NCBI GenBank assembly: GCA_030693205.1
Contig: JAUYBG010000019.1
Span: 14,496-78,495, forward strand
From: a bacterium
Lineage (GTDB): Bacteria > Patescibacteriota > Minisyncoccia > JAHIHE01
DNA length: 64,000 nt
Reading direction: 5' to 3'
Shown piece by piece: positions 47,032 to 58,085 of the stretch (positions are counted from its first letter, which is position 1; the number at the start of each line of letters is the position of its first letter). Made by a program: the position numbers and the translations under genes. The notes beneath the pieces are model-generated. The model did not search any database. It saw nothing but the letters and a program-made list of their open reading frames with translations, and had not been told where the DNA came from.

Positions 47032-47661
47032 ATGCCATATTTAGCGGAATTTATAACCGTTGTAGTAGTCCATCTTTTGGCAGTGATGAGTCCCGGCCCT
47101 GATTTTGCCATGATCAGCCGGAATAGTTTGGTGTATTCAAGAAAAACCGGAACATACTCGGCAGTCGGATTGGCTTTGGGTATCTTGGTTCATGTGACGT
47201 ATTCTTTGGTTGGAATCGGTTTTATTATTTCCAAATCAATCGTTTTATTTTCGATTATAAAATTTCTCGGCGCGGGTTATTTGATATTTATCGGTTATAA
47301 ATCTTTAAAAGCAAAACCGCATAAATTAAGCGCGGATCAATTATCGGAAAAAAATAATATGGACAAATTCGCCGCGATCAAAATGGGATTTTTAACCAAT
47401 GCCTTGAATCCCAAAGCGACTTTGTTTTTCTTGAGTTTATTTACTCAGGTCATCAGCAAAGAAACGCCTTTATTGATCCAAGTATTTTACGGCCTGGAAA
47501 TGGTCACGATGACTTTTATTTGGTTTTCAATAGTGGCGTCCGTTTTATCTCATAGCTTGGTGCAAGAAAAATTTGCCTCAGTGCATCATAGGATCGAAAA
47601 ATTTTTCGGCGTGATATTGATCGCATTGGGGATCAAAGTCGCCCTATCGAATTCACGATAA
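47032..47661 (+). CDS. LysE/RhtB family exporter
   Basis: SPGPD, GAGYL..IG, NALNPK. Confidence 0.93.
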   Translation: MPYLAEFITVVVVHLLAVMSPGPDFAMISRNSLVYSRKTGTYSAVGLALGILVHVTYSLVGIGFIISKSIVLFSIIKFLGAGYLIFIGYKSLKAKPHKLSADQLSEKNNMDKFAAIKMGFLTNALNPKATLFFLSLFTQVISKETPLLIQVFYGLEMVTMTFIWFSIVASVLSHSLVQEKFASVHHRIEKFFGVILIALGIKVALSNSR

Positions 47662-47668
47662 ATACTAT

Positions 47669-49441
47669 ATGGAAAATCCGTTAATCTATCTTCTCCGCAA
47701 AATGTGGCAATATTCCGGCAATAATCGCCGAACTGTAATTTTGTATATTTTGTTTTCTGCTTTTGCCACTCTCCTCGGTTCTCTTGATGCGGTGATCATC
47801 GGCATATTCTTAAATACAATACAGACTGAGGGAGTGCGCAAAGAGAGTTTGCCCCATTTGCTTTTTTTATTGGGACTTTTGCCGGTTCTTGAAATCGTAT
47901 TTTGGGCATTTCATGGAACATCCCGCGTAAAAGAGAATCGGAATGCTTTTTTTGTCAGGACTAATTATAAGAATTATCTTCTGCAGGGTACGATGGCGCT
48001 CCCGATGGAATGGCATACGGATCATCATTCCGGCGATACGATAGACAAGATAGAGAAAGGAACGGGAGCTCTTTTTAATTTTTCCGAAAGAACTTATGAG
48101 ATGATACAGACGTTCATTCTTTTGACAATAGCTTTTATTGTCATGTTCTTTTTCGATCCGTTCGCGGGCGGCGCGGCTTTGGTGTTCAGTTTGTTTACTT
48201 TTTATGTCATCGGTTTGTTCGATAAAAAGCTTATACCCGGCTATATACAGGTAAACCGGATAGAGAATACCATTTCCGCTAAAATTTTTGACGCTTTAAG
48301 CAATGTGACTTCGGTGATCATTCTCCGGGTTGAGCCTCTTATTTTGAAATCTATCGATGGTTTTATTAAAAAGCCGTATGAGCGATATAATAAAAATATC
48401 AAATTAAATGAATGGAAATGGTTTTTTGCTTCCATTTTGGGAAGGCTTACAGTTGTTCTTGTTATCGGCATATATCTTTATACTCATATAGCTGCAGGCA
48501 CGATCCTAGCCGGAACAGTTTATATTCTTTATAGTTATACAAATCAGATACGGGAAACTTTTTTTAGATTCGCTTTTCTTTACAATGATATTGTCCGCTA
48601 TCGCGCCTCGGTGACCAACACCGAAGAATTATCCAATGATTTTCGGGGTGCGGCTTTATTGGAGGAAAAACATTTGCCTAAAACTTGGTCGGGATTGGCG
48701 ATAAAAAATCTGTCTTTTTCTTATCATGCCCGGGATGGGGCGGATCTGCACTTGGATGATATAAATCTGAAGATTAAGAAAGGCGAACGTGTTGCATTGA
48801 TCGGGGAAAGCGGGGGAGGCAAGAGCACTTTTCTCAGACTTATGCGGGATCTATATCATCCTAAAACGCTTACGCTTGTCATAGACGGAAAAGAAGCTCC
48901 AGGAGGGTTCAGTGAGATCAGTGATTCGATCTCTCTTATTCCCCAGGATCCGGAAATATTTGCGACGACTATACGGGAAAATATTACGCTTGGGGTTGAA
49001 TATACCGATCAGCACATACAGGCATTTACCGACATGGCGCGTTTTACGGAGGTTTTTGAGAAACTGCCGAAAGGCCTCGAGTCTTCGATCGTGGAAAAAG
49101 GCGTGAATCTGAGCGGCGGAGAGAAACAGCGCCTGGCGCTGGCGCGCGGTCTTCTGGCCTCGGTCGATAAAGAAATAGTGCTACTGGATGAGCCGACAAG
49201 CAGTGTAGATTTTCAAAATGAACTTGCAGTTTATCAGAATATTTTTTCCGCTTTTTCGAGAAAAACGATCATTTCTTCCATTCACCGGCTTCATTTGCTT
49301 TCTTTGTTCGATACTGTTTATTTCTTTGAAGGCGGCAAGATCATAGCGCATGGATCTTTTGGCGAACTTAAGAAAAAATCTTCCGAATTCCAGAAGTTAT
49401 GGAAAAAATATATCCGAACAAGAGATGCTTCGGGGTCATAA
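47669..49441 (+). CDS. ABC exporter (TMD + NBD)
   Basis: GESGGGKS, LSGGEKQR, LLDEPT. Confidence 0.92.
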   Translation: MENPLIYLLRKMWQYSGNNRRTVILYILFSAFATLLGSLDAVIIGIFLNTIQTEGVRKESLPHLLFLLGLLPVLEIVFWAFHGTSRVKENRNAFFVRTNYKNYLLQGTMALPMEWHTDHHSGDTIDKIEKGTGALFNFSERTYEMIQTFILLTIAFIVMFFFDPFAGGAALVFSLFTFYVIGLFDKKLIPGYIQVNRIENTISAKIFDALSNVTSVIILRVEPLILKSIDGFIKKPYERYNKNIKLNEWKWFFASILGRLTVVLVIGIYLYTHIAAGTILAGTVYILYSYTNQIRETFFRFAFLYNDIVRYRASVTNTEELSNDFRGAALLEEKHLPKTWSGLAIKNLSFSYHARDGADLHLDDINLKIKKGERVALIGESGGGKSTFLRLMRDLYHPKTLTLVIDGKEAPGGFSEISDSISLIPQDPEIFATTIRENITLGVEYTDQHIQAFTDMARFTEVFEKLPKGLESSIVEKGVNLSGGEKQRLALARGLLASVDKEIVLLDEPTSSVDFQNELAVYQNIFSAFSRKTIISSIHRLHLLSLFDTVYFFEGGKIIAHGSFGELKKKSSEFQKLWKKYIRTRDASGS

Positions 49442-49461
49442 TTTTTTAATATTCCGATAGT

Positions 49462-50034
49462 ATGAATAAAAAACGGGTTTTTATCATCCATGGATGGGAA
49501 GCGGTGCCGGAATCAAATTGGTTTCCTTGGCTCAAGGAAGAACTGGAAAAGCAAAATATTGACGTGGCGGTTCCAATGATGCCGAATACTTATCATCCGA
49601 TTTTTTCTGAGTGGCTGGCGCATCTCAAGAAAAACATCGGCACGCCGGATAAGAATACTTATTTAGTCGGCCATAGTCTTGGTGTTATTACTATCCTTAG
49701 ATTTCTTGAATTACTTCCTTTAGGACAAAAAATTGGAGGAGTTGTGCTTGTCGCAGGATTTCCGGAGCCGATAGGATATGATGAGATAAAAAGTTTTTTT
49801 GTTACGCCTCTTGATTATGAAAAGATCAAGAATTCCGCGGAAAAATTTATTGCCATTAATTCCGACGATGATCCTTATGTACCTTTGCGGAACGGCGAAA
49901 TTTTAAGAGATAAATTAGGCGCGGAGCTTATCATAGTGCCAAATGGCAATCACCTCAATGAAGGCGCGGGGTTTACAGAGTTGCCTGTAGTTTTAGAAAG
50001 TTTATTAAAAATTTATGCCAAAGGAAAGATTTAA
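49462..50034 (+). CDS. RBBP9/YdeN alpha/beta hydrolase
   Basis: IIHGW, GHSLG, SDDDPYV, GNH. Confidence 0.9.
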   Translation: MNKKRVFIIHGWEAVPESNWFPWLKEELEKQNIDVAVPMMPNTYHPIFSEWLAHLKKNIGTPDKNTYLVGHSLGVITILRFLELLPLGQKIGGVVLVAGFPEPIGYDEIKSFFVTPLDYEKIKNSAEKFIAINSDDDPYVPLRNGEILRDKLGAELIIVPNGNHLNEGAGFTELPVVLESLLKIYAKGKI

Positions 50035-50452
50035 ATTAATACCAACTTCCCATTTGATTTTAATTAAAGACGGAAAGATCTTGCTTTCGCGGCGGTTTAA
50101 TACCGGATACGAAGACGGGAATTATAGCGTGGTGGCCGGACATTTGGACGGGAATGAAACTTTTATCGAAGCAATGGTGCGGGAAGCAAAAGAAGAAGCG
50201 GGGATTGATATAGAAGCTAAAGATTTGGAAGTGATGCACGTAATGCATCGAAAATCGCCGCCGGAAGAGCGAATTGATTTTTTTATTAAAGCGAATAAAT
50301 GGCAGGGCGAGCCGAAAATTATGGAGCCGGACAAATGTGATGATTTGAAATGGTTTCCGGTCAACGATCTTCCGGCCAATACGATTCCGTATATTAGGCA
50401 GGCAGTTGATAGGGTTAATAAGAAAATTTTTTATAGCGAATTCGGGTGGTAA
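50015..50452 (+). CDS. NUDIX hydrolase
   Basis: GHLDGNET...REAKEEAG Nudix box. Confidence 0.92.
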   Translation: MPKERFKLIPTSHLILIKDGKILLSRRFNTGYEDGNYSVVAGHLDGNETFIEAMVREAKEEAGIDIEAKDLEVMHVMHRKSPPEERIDFFIKANKWQGEPKIMEPDKCDDLKWFPVNDLPANTIPYIRQAVDRVNKKIFYSEFGW

Positions 50453-50491
50453 AAATTATCAAAGGATTAAAATTAAAATAGTTGAATCATT

Positions 50492-53065
50492 ATGAATAGA
50501 ATTGGAAAAGATATAGAGTTGACGCAGATAGCGGACTATGCAAAATATTCGAATGAAGATCTGCTGAATGAATTTAAAACTTCTTTAAAAGGTCTTACGG
50601 ACAAAGAGGCGAAAAATCGTCTCCGTATTTTTGGTTTGAATGTGCCGGCTGAGAAAAAAAAGATTTCAGCCGTTGTATTATTATTCTCCAAGGTTCGCAA
50701 TCCTTTGATTCTTATTCTCGCGGTTATAGCGCTTTTCTCGCTTTTTTTTGGTGAAATAATAAATACAATTTTTGTTTCCCTGATGATATTGGTTAGCGTT
50801 GCGCTGGAATTTTCTTTGGAGTATCGGTCGGGCAAAGCGGTGGAAAAATTAAGCGATCTGGTTCGCACCAAAGTGGCTGTATTTCGGGATGGCGCGCAAA
50901 AAGAAATAGACCTTTTTGATATTGTGCCGGGTGATGTCGTCGATCTTTATGCCGGAGATATGGTTCCGGCGGATCTAAGAATTGTTCAGGCAAATGATCT
51001 TTTTATCAATCAGGCGTCTTTTACAGGAGAATCTTTTCCGGTTGAAAAAACAGCCGAATTCGATAAATCCAAAAAAGAGGCGATAGAAAAATTGGAAAAT
51101 ATCGCTTTTATGGGTTCAAGCGTGATTAGCGGAACCGGGCTTGGCGTGGCGGTTAAGACCGGAAAATACACTCAATTCGGGGAAATTTCCAGTTCTTTGA
51201 TCCGGATCGGGGAAGAAACCAGTTTTGACAAAGGCATCAAGCAGTTTACGATGCTGATGATCCACCTGATGCTCGTTCTCGTGGTTTTTATTTTTTTTGT
51301 GATACTTTTTTTAAAGCAAGGGGTTTTCAAAGAGGCTTTGCTTTTTTCTCTGGCGGTTGCGGTTGGAATCACCCCGGAAATGCTGCCGATGCTGGTTAGC
51401 ATAAATTTGTCGCGCGGGGCGGCTGATATGGCTAAGAAAAAAGTTATAGTCAAGCGCCTGAACTCAATACAGAATTTCGGCGCGATGGATGTGCTCTGCA
51501 CCGATAAAACCGGCACACTTACTCTCGATAAGATCGTGATGGTGAATCATTATGACGTGGAAGGGGATGAAGATAGAGAAGTTATGGAGTACGCGTATCT
51601 CAATAGTTCTTTTCAAACCGGATTAAAAAATCTTTTGGACAATGCGATTCTTAAGCACGAAAAGATCAGAATGACGGGATATCAAAAAGTGGATGAAATG
51701 CCTTTTGATTTTTCCCGGAGAATAATGTCGGTGGTGGTGGAAAAAGACGGCCAGCATATTTTGGTCGCCAAGGGCGCTCCCGAAGATATTTTTAATCACT
51801 CAAGCCATTATTATCTCAACGGCAAGATCCATAAAATTCATGACAAAATATTTTCCAAAGTGCAGGAAGAATATGATAAATTGAGCGGCCAGGGATTTCG
51901 CGTGCTGGCGGTGGCTTATAAAAATATTGAAAAACCCAAAGCGGTTTATTCCAAAAATGATGAAAATAATCTCGTGCTCCGCGGGTATCTGGCTTTTTTT
52001 GACCCTGCTAAGCCTACGGTCAAAGAATCTCTCCGTGCGCTCGAAGATCTTGGTATTGAGATCAAGGTTCTTACGGGAGATAATGAAATTATTACCAAGA
52101 AAATATGCCGAGACGTCTCACTTTCCGTAAAAGGCGTTGTTACCGGTTTTCAGATGGATAATATTCTGGATGCCGAACTTGAGCGCTTAGTGGAAAAAAC
52201 CACTATTTTCGCGCGCTTGAATCCGATTCAAAAAGAGCGAGTAATTAAGGCGCTTCACAGAAATAATCATACGGTGGGCTATTTGGGGGACGGCATTAAC
52301 GATGCGCCTTCGCTTAAAGCCGCGGATATCGGAATTTCCGTGAATAACGCGGTTGACATTGCCAGAGAATCCGCCGATATTATCTTGCTTCAAAAAAGCT
52401 TAATGGTGCTGAAAGATGGCGTTCTTGACGGCCGGAAAGTTTTCGGCAATATTATCAAGTATATTAAAATGGGCGCGAGTTCCAATTTTGGCAATATGAT
52501 TAGTTTGACCGGAGCGACTTTATTTTTGCCATTTTTGCCGATGACACCTTTGCAAATTCTTTTTAATAATTTCCTTTATGATATGGGCCAGCTTGCTTTG
52601 CCAAATGACGAAGTGGATAAGGAATATCTGGCCAAGCCCCGGCCGTGGAATATTAATTTTATAAAAAAGTTTATATTTTTTATCGGCCCCTTAAGTTCAA
52701 TTTTTGATTTTTTGACTTTTGGAATAATGCTGTATGTTTTCAATGTAGCCCAAAACGGCAATCAAGAACTTTTTCATACAGGCTGGTTTATTGAATCTCT
52801 ATTCACTCAGGTACTAGTGATCTATGTAATTAGAACCAACAAGATTCCGTTTATCCAAAGCACTCCGAATAAATTTCTTATTTTCAACACTCTTTTGATT
52901 CTTGCAATAGCGCTGGGAGTGATTTTTTCTTCCCTAGCGGGACTATTCGGCTTTGTCGCGCTACCGCCGCTTTATTTTATTATTCTTTTTATCATGCTGG
53001 TCACATATCTTTCGCTGGTTCAAATAGTTAAAACTTGGGTGGTGAGAAAATACGGGTATCAATAA
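50492..53065 (+). CDS. mgtA: magnesium-translocating P-type ATPase
   Basis: TGES, TPEMLP, DKTGTLT, GDGINDAP, ASSNFGN. Confidence 0.92.
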   Translation: MNRIGKDIELTQIADYAKYSNEDLLNEFKTSLKGLTDKEAKNRLRIFGLNVPAEKKKISAVVLLFSKVRNPLILILAVIALFSLFFGEIINTIFVSLMILVSVALEFSLEYRSGKAVEKLSDLVRTKVAVFRDGAQKEIDLFDIVPGDVVDLYAGDMVPADLRIVQANDLFINQASFTGESFPVEKTAEFDKSKKEAIEKLENIAFMGSSVISGTGLGVAVKTGKYTQFGEISSSLIRIGEETSFDKGIKQFTMLMIHLMLVLVVFIFFVILFLKQGVFKEALLFSLAVAVGITPEMLPMLVSINLSRGAADMAKKKVIVKRLNSIQNFGAMDVLCTDKTGTLTLDKIVMVNHYDVEGDEDREVMEYAYLNSSFQTGLKNLLDNAILKHEKIRMTGYQKVDEMPFDFSRRIMSVVVEKDGQHILVAKGAPEDIFNHSSHYYLNGKIHKIHDKIFSKVQEEYDKLSGQGFRVLAVAYKNIEKPKAVYSKNDENNLVLRGYLAFFDPAKPTVKESLRALEDLGIEIKVLTGDNEIITKKICRDVSLSVKGVVTGFQMDNILDAELERLVEKTTIFARLNPIQKERVIKALHRNNHTVGYLGDGINDAPSLKAADIGISVNNAVDIARESADIILLQKSLMVLKDGVLDGRKVFGNIIKYIKMGASSNFGNMISLTGATLFLPFLPMTPLQILFNNFLYDMGQLALPNDEVDKEYLAKPRPWNINFIKKFIFFIGPLSSIFDFLTFGIMLYVFNVAQNGNQELFHTGWFIESLFTQVLVIYVIRTNKIPFIQSTPNKFLIFNTLLILAIALGVIFSSLAGLFGFVALPPLYFIILFIMLVTYLSLVQIVKTWVVRKYGYQ

Positions 53066-53082
53066 AATATTAATTTAAATTT

Positions 53083-53916
53083 ATGCCGGAATTACCGGAG
53101 GTTGAAACAATTAAAAATGATTTGGAGGCAATAATTATAGGCAAAAAAATAAGTGATGCCAAAATTTTATGGCGAGGCGCTCTCAATACTCCGGCTAAAA
53201 AATTTATCGCTTTGATAAAAAATGCCAAGATATTGGATATTTCGCGCCGCGCCAAGATCTTGATTTTAACTTTGTCCAATAATCATTCGCTTTTAATCCA
53301 CCTGAAAATGACGGGGCAGCTGATTTATGATTTACACAAAAAAATACGGGATTCAAAATATAAATACGCGCGCATTATTTTCTTTTTCAAAGACGGAAGC
53401 GCGCTGGTTTTTAATGATCTTAGAAAATTCGGTTATGTCAAAATTGTTCCGCAAAACAAGGTTAAAGATTTTATAAACGACAAAAAATTCGGTCCGGAAC
53501 CGCTTGAAAAAGATTTTACTTTGGAAAAATTCAAGGAAATTTTGAAAAAATACCCAAAGCGGCGAATCAAGCAATTTCTAACTGATCCGTCGGCGATTGC
53601 CGGCATTGGCAATATTTACGCGGATGAAATTTGTTTCTACGCGAAAGTTGCGCCAACCAATCAAGTCGGCAATTTGACAAGCAAGCAAATTAAATTTATT
53701 TTCATAGGAATTAAGAAAATTTTAAACCGGGCCATTGAATTAAGAGGATCTTCGGTGGAAAATTACGTGGATGCCAGCGGGCGAAAAGGGGATTATGTCA
53801 AAGAATTAAAAGTTTATGGTCGGGAAGGTAAAAAATGCTTTCGCTGCAAAGGTATAATCAAACGAATAAAACTTGGCGGCCGAAGCTCGCATTTTTGCCC
53901 GGAATGCCAGAAATAA
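53083..53916 (+). CDS. mutM: formamidopyrimidine-DNA glycosylase
   Basis: MPELPEVET, HLKMTG, GIGNIYADE, C-terminal Zn finger. Confidence 0.97.
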   Translation: MPELPEVETIKNDLEAIIIGKKISDAKILWRGALNTPAKKFIALIKNAKILDISRRAKILILTLSNNHSLLIHLKMTGQLIYDLHKKIRDSKYKYARIIFFFKDGSALVFNDLRKFGYVKIVPQNKVKDFINDKKFGPEPLEKDFTLEKFKEILKKYPKRRIKQFLTDPSAIAGIGNIYADEICFYAKVAPTNQVGNLTSKQIKFIFIGIKKILNRAIELRGSSVENYVDASGRKGDYVKELKVYGREGKKCFRCKGIIKRIKLGGRSSHFCPECQK

Positions 53917-53928
53917 ATATTTTTATCT

Positions 53929-55119
53929 ATGAAAAAAATTATTATAATTCATTATGCCGAGATTGCTCTGAAAGGCGAAAATCGCCGTAATTTCGAAAAA
54001 AAACTGGTTGAAAACATAAAGCACGCGCTGAAAGATTTGAAATATGAAAAGATCGAAAGGCTTTCCGGCAGAATCTTGATTACTCTTGATACTAGCGTCG
54101 AGATTGATAATTTTAAGCTTGCCTTAAGTCATGTTTTTGGCATTTCGCATTTTTCAATCGGCTGGGAGATAAACGCGGATTTGGATGAAATCAATAAAAT
54201 TTTGGCAGAAATGCTGAAAAAAGAAATAGCCGGCAGATTGGCGGAAAAAAAAGAAATTAAAACTTTTCGCATTACCGCTCGCCGCGCCGAAAAGAATTTT
54301 CCTTTAACCTCCAATCAAATTAATTATAAAGTAGGAGAGTATATATTTGAAAAATCAGGCTTGGGTTTAAAGGTTAATTTGAAAAATCCGGATATTAATT
54401 GTTTTATCGAGATTGTTGAGGGAAAGGCATTGTTTTATTTTGATAAGATTAAAGCTTTGGGAGGTTTGCCGGTTGGAATAAGCGGTAAAGTTTTATCGCT
54501 TATTTCGAGCGGTTTTGATTCGCCGGTAGCCGCTTGGCATTTGATGAAAAGGGGAGCGCGAGTTCATTTTATTCATTTTCACAGTTATCCGCGCACCAGC
54601 AAGGCTTCGATCAATAATGTCAAAAATTTGATAAAAGCACTGGATCAGTATCAATTCGGTTCGGTTTTATATTTAGCGCCGCTTCTGGATATTCAGCGGG
54701 AAATTTTTTCCCAATGTGAAGAAAGATTAAGAATTATTTTATATCGCCGGTTTATGTTTCGAATTGCCGAAGCGCTGGCGAAAAAAATCGGCGCTGGCGC
54801 GCTCGTGACAGGGGAGAGTCTTGGCCAAGTTGCGTCCCAAACCCTCGAAAATATCGGCGTGGTGAATAATGCTATTTCGATTCCGGTTTTTCGGCCATTT
54901 ATCGGCACTGACAAGATCGAGATAATAGATGAAGCCAAAAAAATTAACACTTATGAATTTTCCAGCCAGCCATATGAAGATTGCTGTTCGCTTTTTACTC
55001 CGCGCCATCCGGCGACCAAAGCGCGACTTGAACAGATTAGATTCGAAGAATCGAAACTGGATTCGGAAAAATTAATTAAAGAGGCGACAGGGAAAATCGA
55101 AAGTGTAGAAATAAAATAA
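53929..55119 (+). CDS. thiI: tRNA 4-thiouridine synthase
   Basis: EIALKG, THUMP domain, SSGFDSPVA PP-loop, GESLGQVASQT, DCC. Confidence 0.95.
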   Translation: MKKIIIIHYAEIALKGENRRNFEKKLVENIKHALKDLKYEKIERLSGRILITLDTSVEIDNFKLALSHVFGISHFSIGWEINADLDEINKILAEMLKKEIAGRLAEKKEIKTFRITARRAEKNFPLTSNQINYKVGEYIFEKSGLGLKVNLKNPDINCFIEIVEGKALFYFDKIKALGGLPVGISGKVLSLISSGFDSPVAAWHLMKRGARVHFIHFHSYPRTSKASINNVKNLIKALDQYQFGSVLYLAPLLDIQREIFSQCEERLRIILYRRFMFRIAEALAKKIGAGALVTGESLGQVASQTLENIGVVNNAISIPVFRPFIGTDKIEIIDEAKKINTYEFSSQPYEDCCSLFTPRHPATKARLEQIRFEESKLDSEKLIKEATGKIESVEIK

Positions 55120-55168
55120 AATTTTTCCGAATTAAAACCCGCTGGAGAAGTGGAGCTAAAGAGCTTTT

Positions 55169-55204
55169 TATCACGTCGCATAATGTAGGTTATGCGACGT
55201 GATA
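55169..55204. repeat. perfect 15-bp inverted repeat with 6-nt loop
   Basis: TATCACGTCGCATAA-TGTAGG-TTATGCGACGTGATA between convergent genes. Confidence 0.8.
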
Positions 55205-55329
55205 GTACTTGAAAGTGTTATTTACTACTATTAATACTACACGATGATCAATTCCCCGTCTTTGTATTAAAAAACGCTTATAACTCAATTTTAAGCGTTT
55301 TTTTTCTTGTTATTCCTTCTGTTTCTGCA

Positions 55330-56526
55330 CTATTCCCCCAGTAAGTATCGTTTGATCTGATTCTTTGCTTTTTTAACCTTTTCTATTTGATCTTTGGGGC
55401 AATAAATCCCAATAAACCAATGATTCCACTCTGCCAGACCCAGCGCTTTGACAAACGGCGAGATCTTTTCCAGTTCTTGGCCGGTAGGATTTACAAAAAT
55501 CTCGCTTTCGCTGAATTTCGGTATTTTTAGAATATTAATTAAAATTTCATGATTTTTTATTTTTAGGTCTCGGGCGATATTTTTTTCAATTTCAAGCGTA
55601 TCTTTGATCTTCTTGATATTATCAAGGCCATCGGCCAAATCTTCTTTTCGAAAAATGATCGCTTCGCCGTATAATTTTCGATTACTAATCCGGTTTATCA
55701 GATCTTTTGCCGCTGTTTTAGATCGCCTTAAAACGCTTATAAAGTCAATATCGTCAAATTCGGTCAATTGATCCGGGTCAATTTCCCCCGCCGCCAATGC
55801 TTCGTAAAAAGCCGCTTGCAGCATGCTATTTGCTATCAGGGTTTTTCGATGCATGTATACCATCGAATACATTAAATATCGCGAGATCAAAATCGATTCG
55901 AAAGCCGGCAAGAATTTTTCATCAATGAAATATTTTCTTCCATCCACCGTCAAGTTTTTAATGATCACATCGGTTTCAATGACGCCATAAGCGACTCCCG
56001 TATAATATGAATCGCGTTTTAAATAATCCAGGCGGTCAGCATCTATTTGTCCGGCGATCAATCCGCCGAATTTTCCTTTGCCTTTGATGAGGTCGCAAAT
56101 AATACCTGGATCCATTTCCGCTTTTTTTAGGATCTTTCCGATCTCGGTGGTGTGAATTATTTTTATCGCCTGTTCTTCATGAGTCGCGCCATTAGCTGAT
56201 CCGATCGCCTTCTCGATAGAATGAGAAAAAGGATAATGACCGATATCGTGGAGCAAAGCGGCGGCCAAAAATTCATTCCGGCGGGAATCATTTTTGCCGA
56301 AAGCGAGTTTATCTTCAGCGACGATCTTCTCCGCGATCCTCTGGGCTAAATAAAAAGTTCCAATAGAATGTTCAAAACGAGTATGATTGGCGGACGGATA
56401 GATCAAGTAGCTTTGTCCCAGCTGTTTAATGTTGCGCAATCTTTGGAATTGTTTTGTTTCGATCAAGCTTTTAAATGGTTCTTCCAGGCTGATAAATCCA
56501 TACAAAGGATCTTTGAGAATTATCAT
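55330..56526 (-). CDS. HD phosphohydrolase (SAMHD1/dNTPase-like)
   Basis: QRLRNIKQL, HTRFEHS, LHDIGHYPFSH, DADRLDYLKRD. Confidence 0.9.
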   Translation of the reverse strand: MIILKDPLYGFISLEEPFKSLIETKQFQRLRNIKQLGQSYLIYPSANHTRFEHSIGTFYLAQRIAEKIVAEDKLAFGKNDSRRNEFLAAALLHDIGHYPFSHSIEKAIGSANGATHEEQAIKIIHTTEIGKILKKAEMDPGIICDLIKGKGKFGGLIAGQIDADRLDYLKRDSYYTGVAYGVIETDVIIKNLTVDGRKYFIDEKFLPAFESILISRYLMYSMVYMHRKTLIANSMLQAAFYEALAAGEIDPDQLTEFDDIDFISVLRRSKTAAKDLINRISNRKLYGEAIIFRKEDLADGLDNIKKIKDTLEIEKNIARDLKIKNHEILINILKIPKFSESEIFVNPTGQELEKISPFVKALGLAEWNHWFIGIYCPKDQIEKVKKAKNQIKRYLLGE

Positions 56527-56544
56527 ATATTATTTAGTGTTAAA

Positions 56545-57843
56545 TTATTTATATAATATCATTTGTTCGACGGAAGTCGTTGTTTCATAGAGAGTAGCGA
56601 TGTTTTCACGGGTTGAATCCAAATAGATATTGCTTCCCCACATTGAATCGTTAACTATGTATCCGCGAGAATCTTTGGCGAAAACCACGACATAATGGCC
56701 TCCGCCTTTGGTGCGAGTGTTAGGCAAAGCGCGCACATAAACAATTACCGGATGGCCATTTTTTAAATTTTCATCAACTTTGTTCCAGTTTACTTTTTGC
56801 CTGACTTCGTTTGCCACCAAGTTAATGCTTCGCCAGCTATTCGGCCATTTTATCAGGTCAAAAGAAAACAGCGGCTGTTTCGCGAGATTGCCCGGCGTGA
56901 TGTCCTCGTTGTGATATTTAAAAAGCATGGCTAGCGCCGCCACGGCACATCCCCAAAATTTCATTGTCGAATTGGAATTGCCGATAGCTGTATCACCCCA
57001 GCGCGGGTCAGTTTGATAATAGTGCCAGAGCGCGGCGACCGGATTTGGCTCCGGTAATAATTGTTTGGATTGAATTCGCGCCAGTTCTTTAGCTCTGGTT
57101 ATCTGAAGTTCTTCAATATTTCCAAGGATTTCTTGCCTTTGCTCTTCAACTCTTTTAAGCAAGTTTTCATAGCGCGATTGTTCGCCTTTGGTTTTACTTA
57201 ATAGGTCTTTTTTGGAAGCGCGTGCTAAATTCAAAGATTCCTTTTCCTGCACCAGTCCGATTTTTAGCGTATCAATTTCCGCTTTTTTGGAAATCTCTTC
57301 TTTTCTGTTCCACTCCAGTTTTTCCTTTAGATTTTTCAAATCAATGACCGAAGCGCTGATTTTTCCTTGTACTGACTCCAGGGCATAATAACTTGTTAAA
57401 AAATCGGAAAGATTATTGTTTTTCAGTAAATTGCTTAGCAGGTCTTCGTTGCCGGAATTATAGATCTCTCTTAGCAGGCTTGCCAGGAATTCTTTTTGCC
57501 GGGTTATATCTTGCCCTTTTCCCCGGATCTCGGCATTGAGTTTTTCTATTTCCAGTGTTATTTGCTCCAGTTTTACTTCTGTTTGTTTGATCTTTGTTTC
57601 GGCAAATTTTATTTCTCCGTCCAGAAGCGCCATCTGATTTTCCAGATTAGCCGCCGCTGTTCGTTTTTGTTTTACGGTTTTAAGATATTCCTGCCTTTGA
57701 TCTTCCAAAATTTGCCATTGTTTTTGCCACTCGGAGATCTTTGAGTCAAGCTCATCAAGCACATCGGCATTGATAACAAAAGGAAGCAACATGAAAAATG
57801 CTATTAAAATGGAATAAATTTTTTTGAAATTTAATCTTAACAT
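56545..57843 (-). CDS. secreted coiled-coil protein with C-terminal C39-like peptidase (PcsB/EnvC-like architecture)
   Basis: Signal peptide from ATG 57843, long coiled coil, YYQTDPRW..GC..GHYVV..ND. Confidence 0.75.
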   Translation of the reverse strand: MLRLNFKKIYSILIAFFMLLPFVINADVLDELDSKISEWQKQWQILEDQRQEYLKTVKQKRTAAANLENQMALLDGEIKFAETKIKQTEVKLEQITLEIEKLNAEIRGKGQDITRQKEFLASLLREIYNSGNEDLLSNLLKNNNLSDFLTSYYALESVQGKISASVIDLKNLKEKLEWNRKEEISKKAEIDTLKIGLVQEKESLNLARASKKDLLSKTKGEQSRYENLLKRVEEQRQEILGNIEELQITRAKELARIQSKQLLPEPNPVAALWHYYQTDPRWGDTAIGNSNSTMKFWGCAVAALAMLFKYHNEDITPGNLAKQPLFSFDLIKWPNSWRSINLVANEVRQKVNWNKVDENLKNGHPVIVYVRALPNTRTKGGGHYVVVFAKDSRGYIVNDSMWGSNIYLDSTRENIATLYETTTSVEQMILYK

Positions 57844-57888
57844 TTTGATAAAAAAATATATACTTACAATATTATAGGAGGTAAAACA

Positions 57889-58029
57889 ATGCCAAAAAAA
57901 CTGACAATGCACGAAGTTATAGCAGAGTATGACGAACCAGAAAAAACGAGATCAGAAATAATTGAAAAATATCTGAGCCGTGATCATTGCACAAAATGCG
58001 GCTGCGCTTTAAGGGAAGCACACGAATGA
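57889..58029 (+). CDS. 46-aa small protein with CxxC (below the ORF track cutoff)
   Basis: GGAGGT SD; MPKKLTMHEV...HCTKCGC. Confidence 0.45.
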   Translation: MPKKLTMHEVIAEYDEPEKTRSEIIEKYLSRDHCTKCGCALREAHE

Positions 58030-58085
58030 TTATTATTGCAAATGAGGGTTTATTTAAAATTTAAAATAAATTCCTCTTTTTTTAT

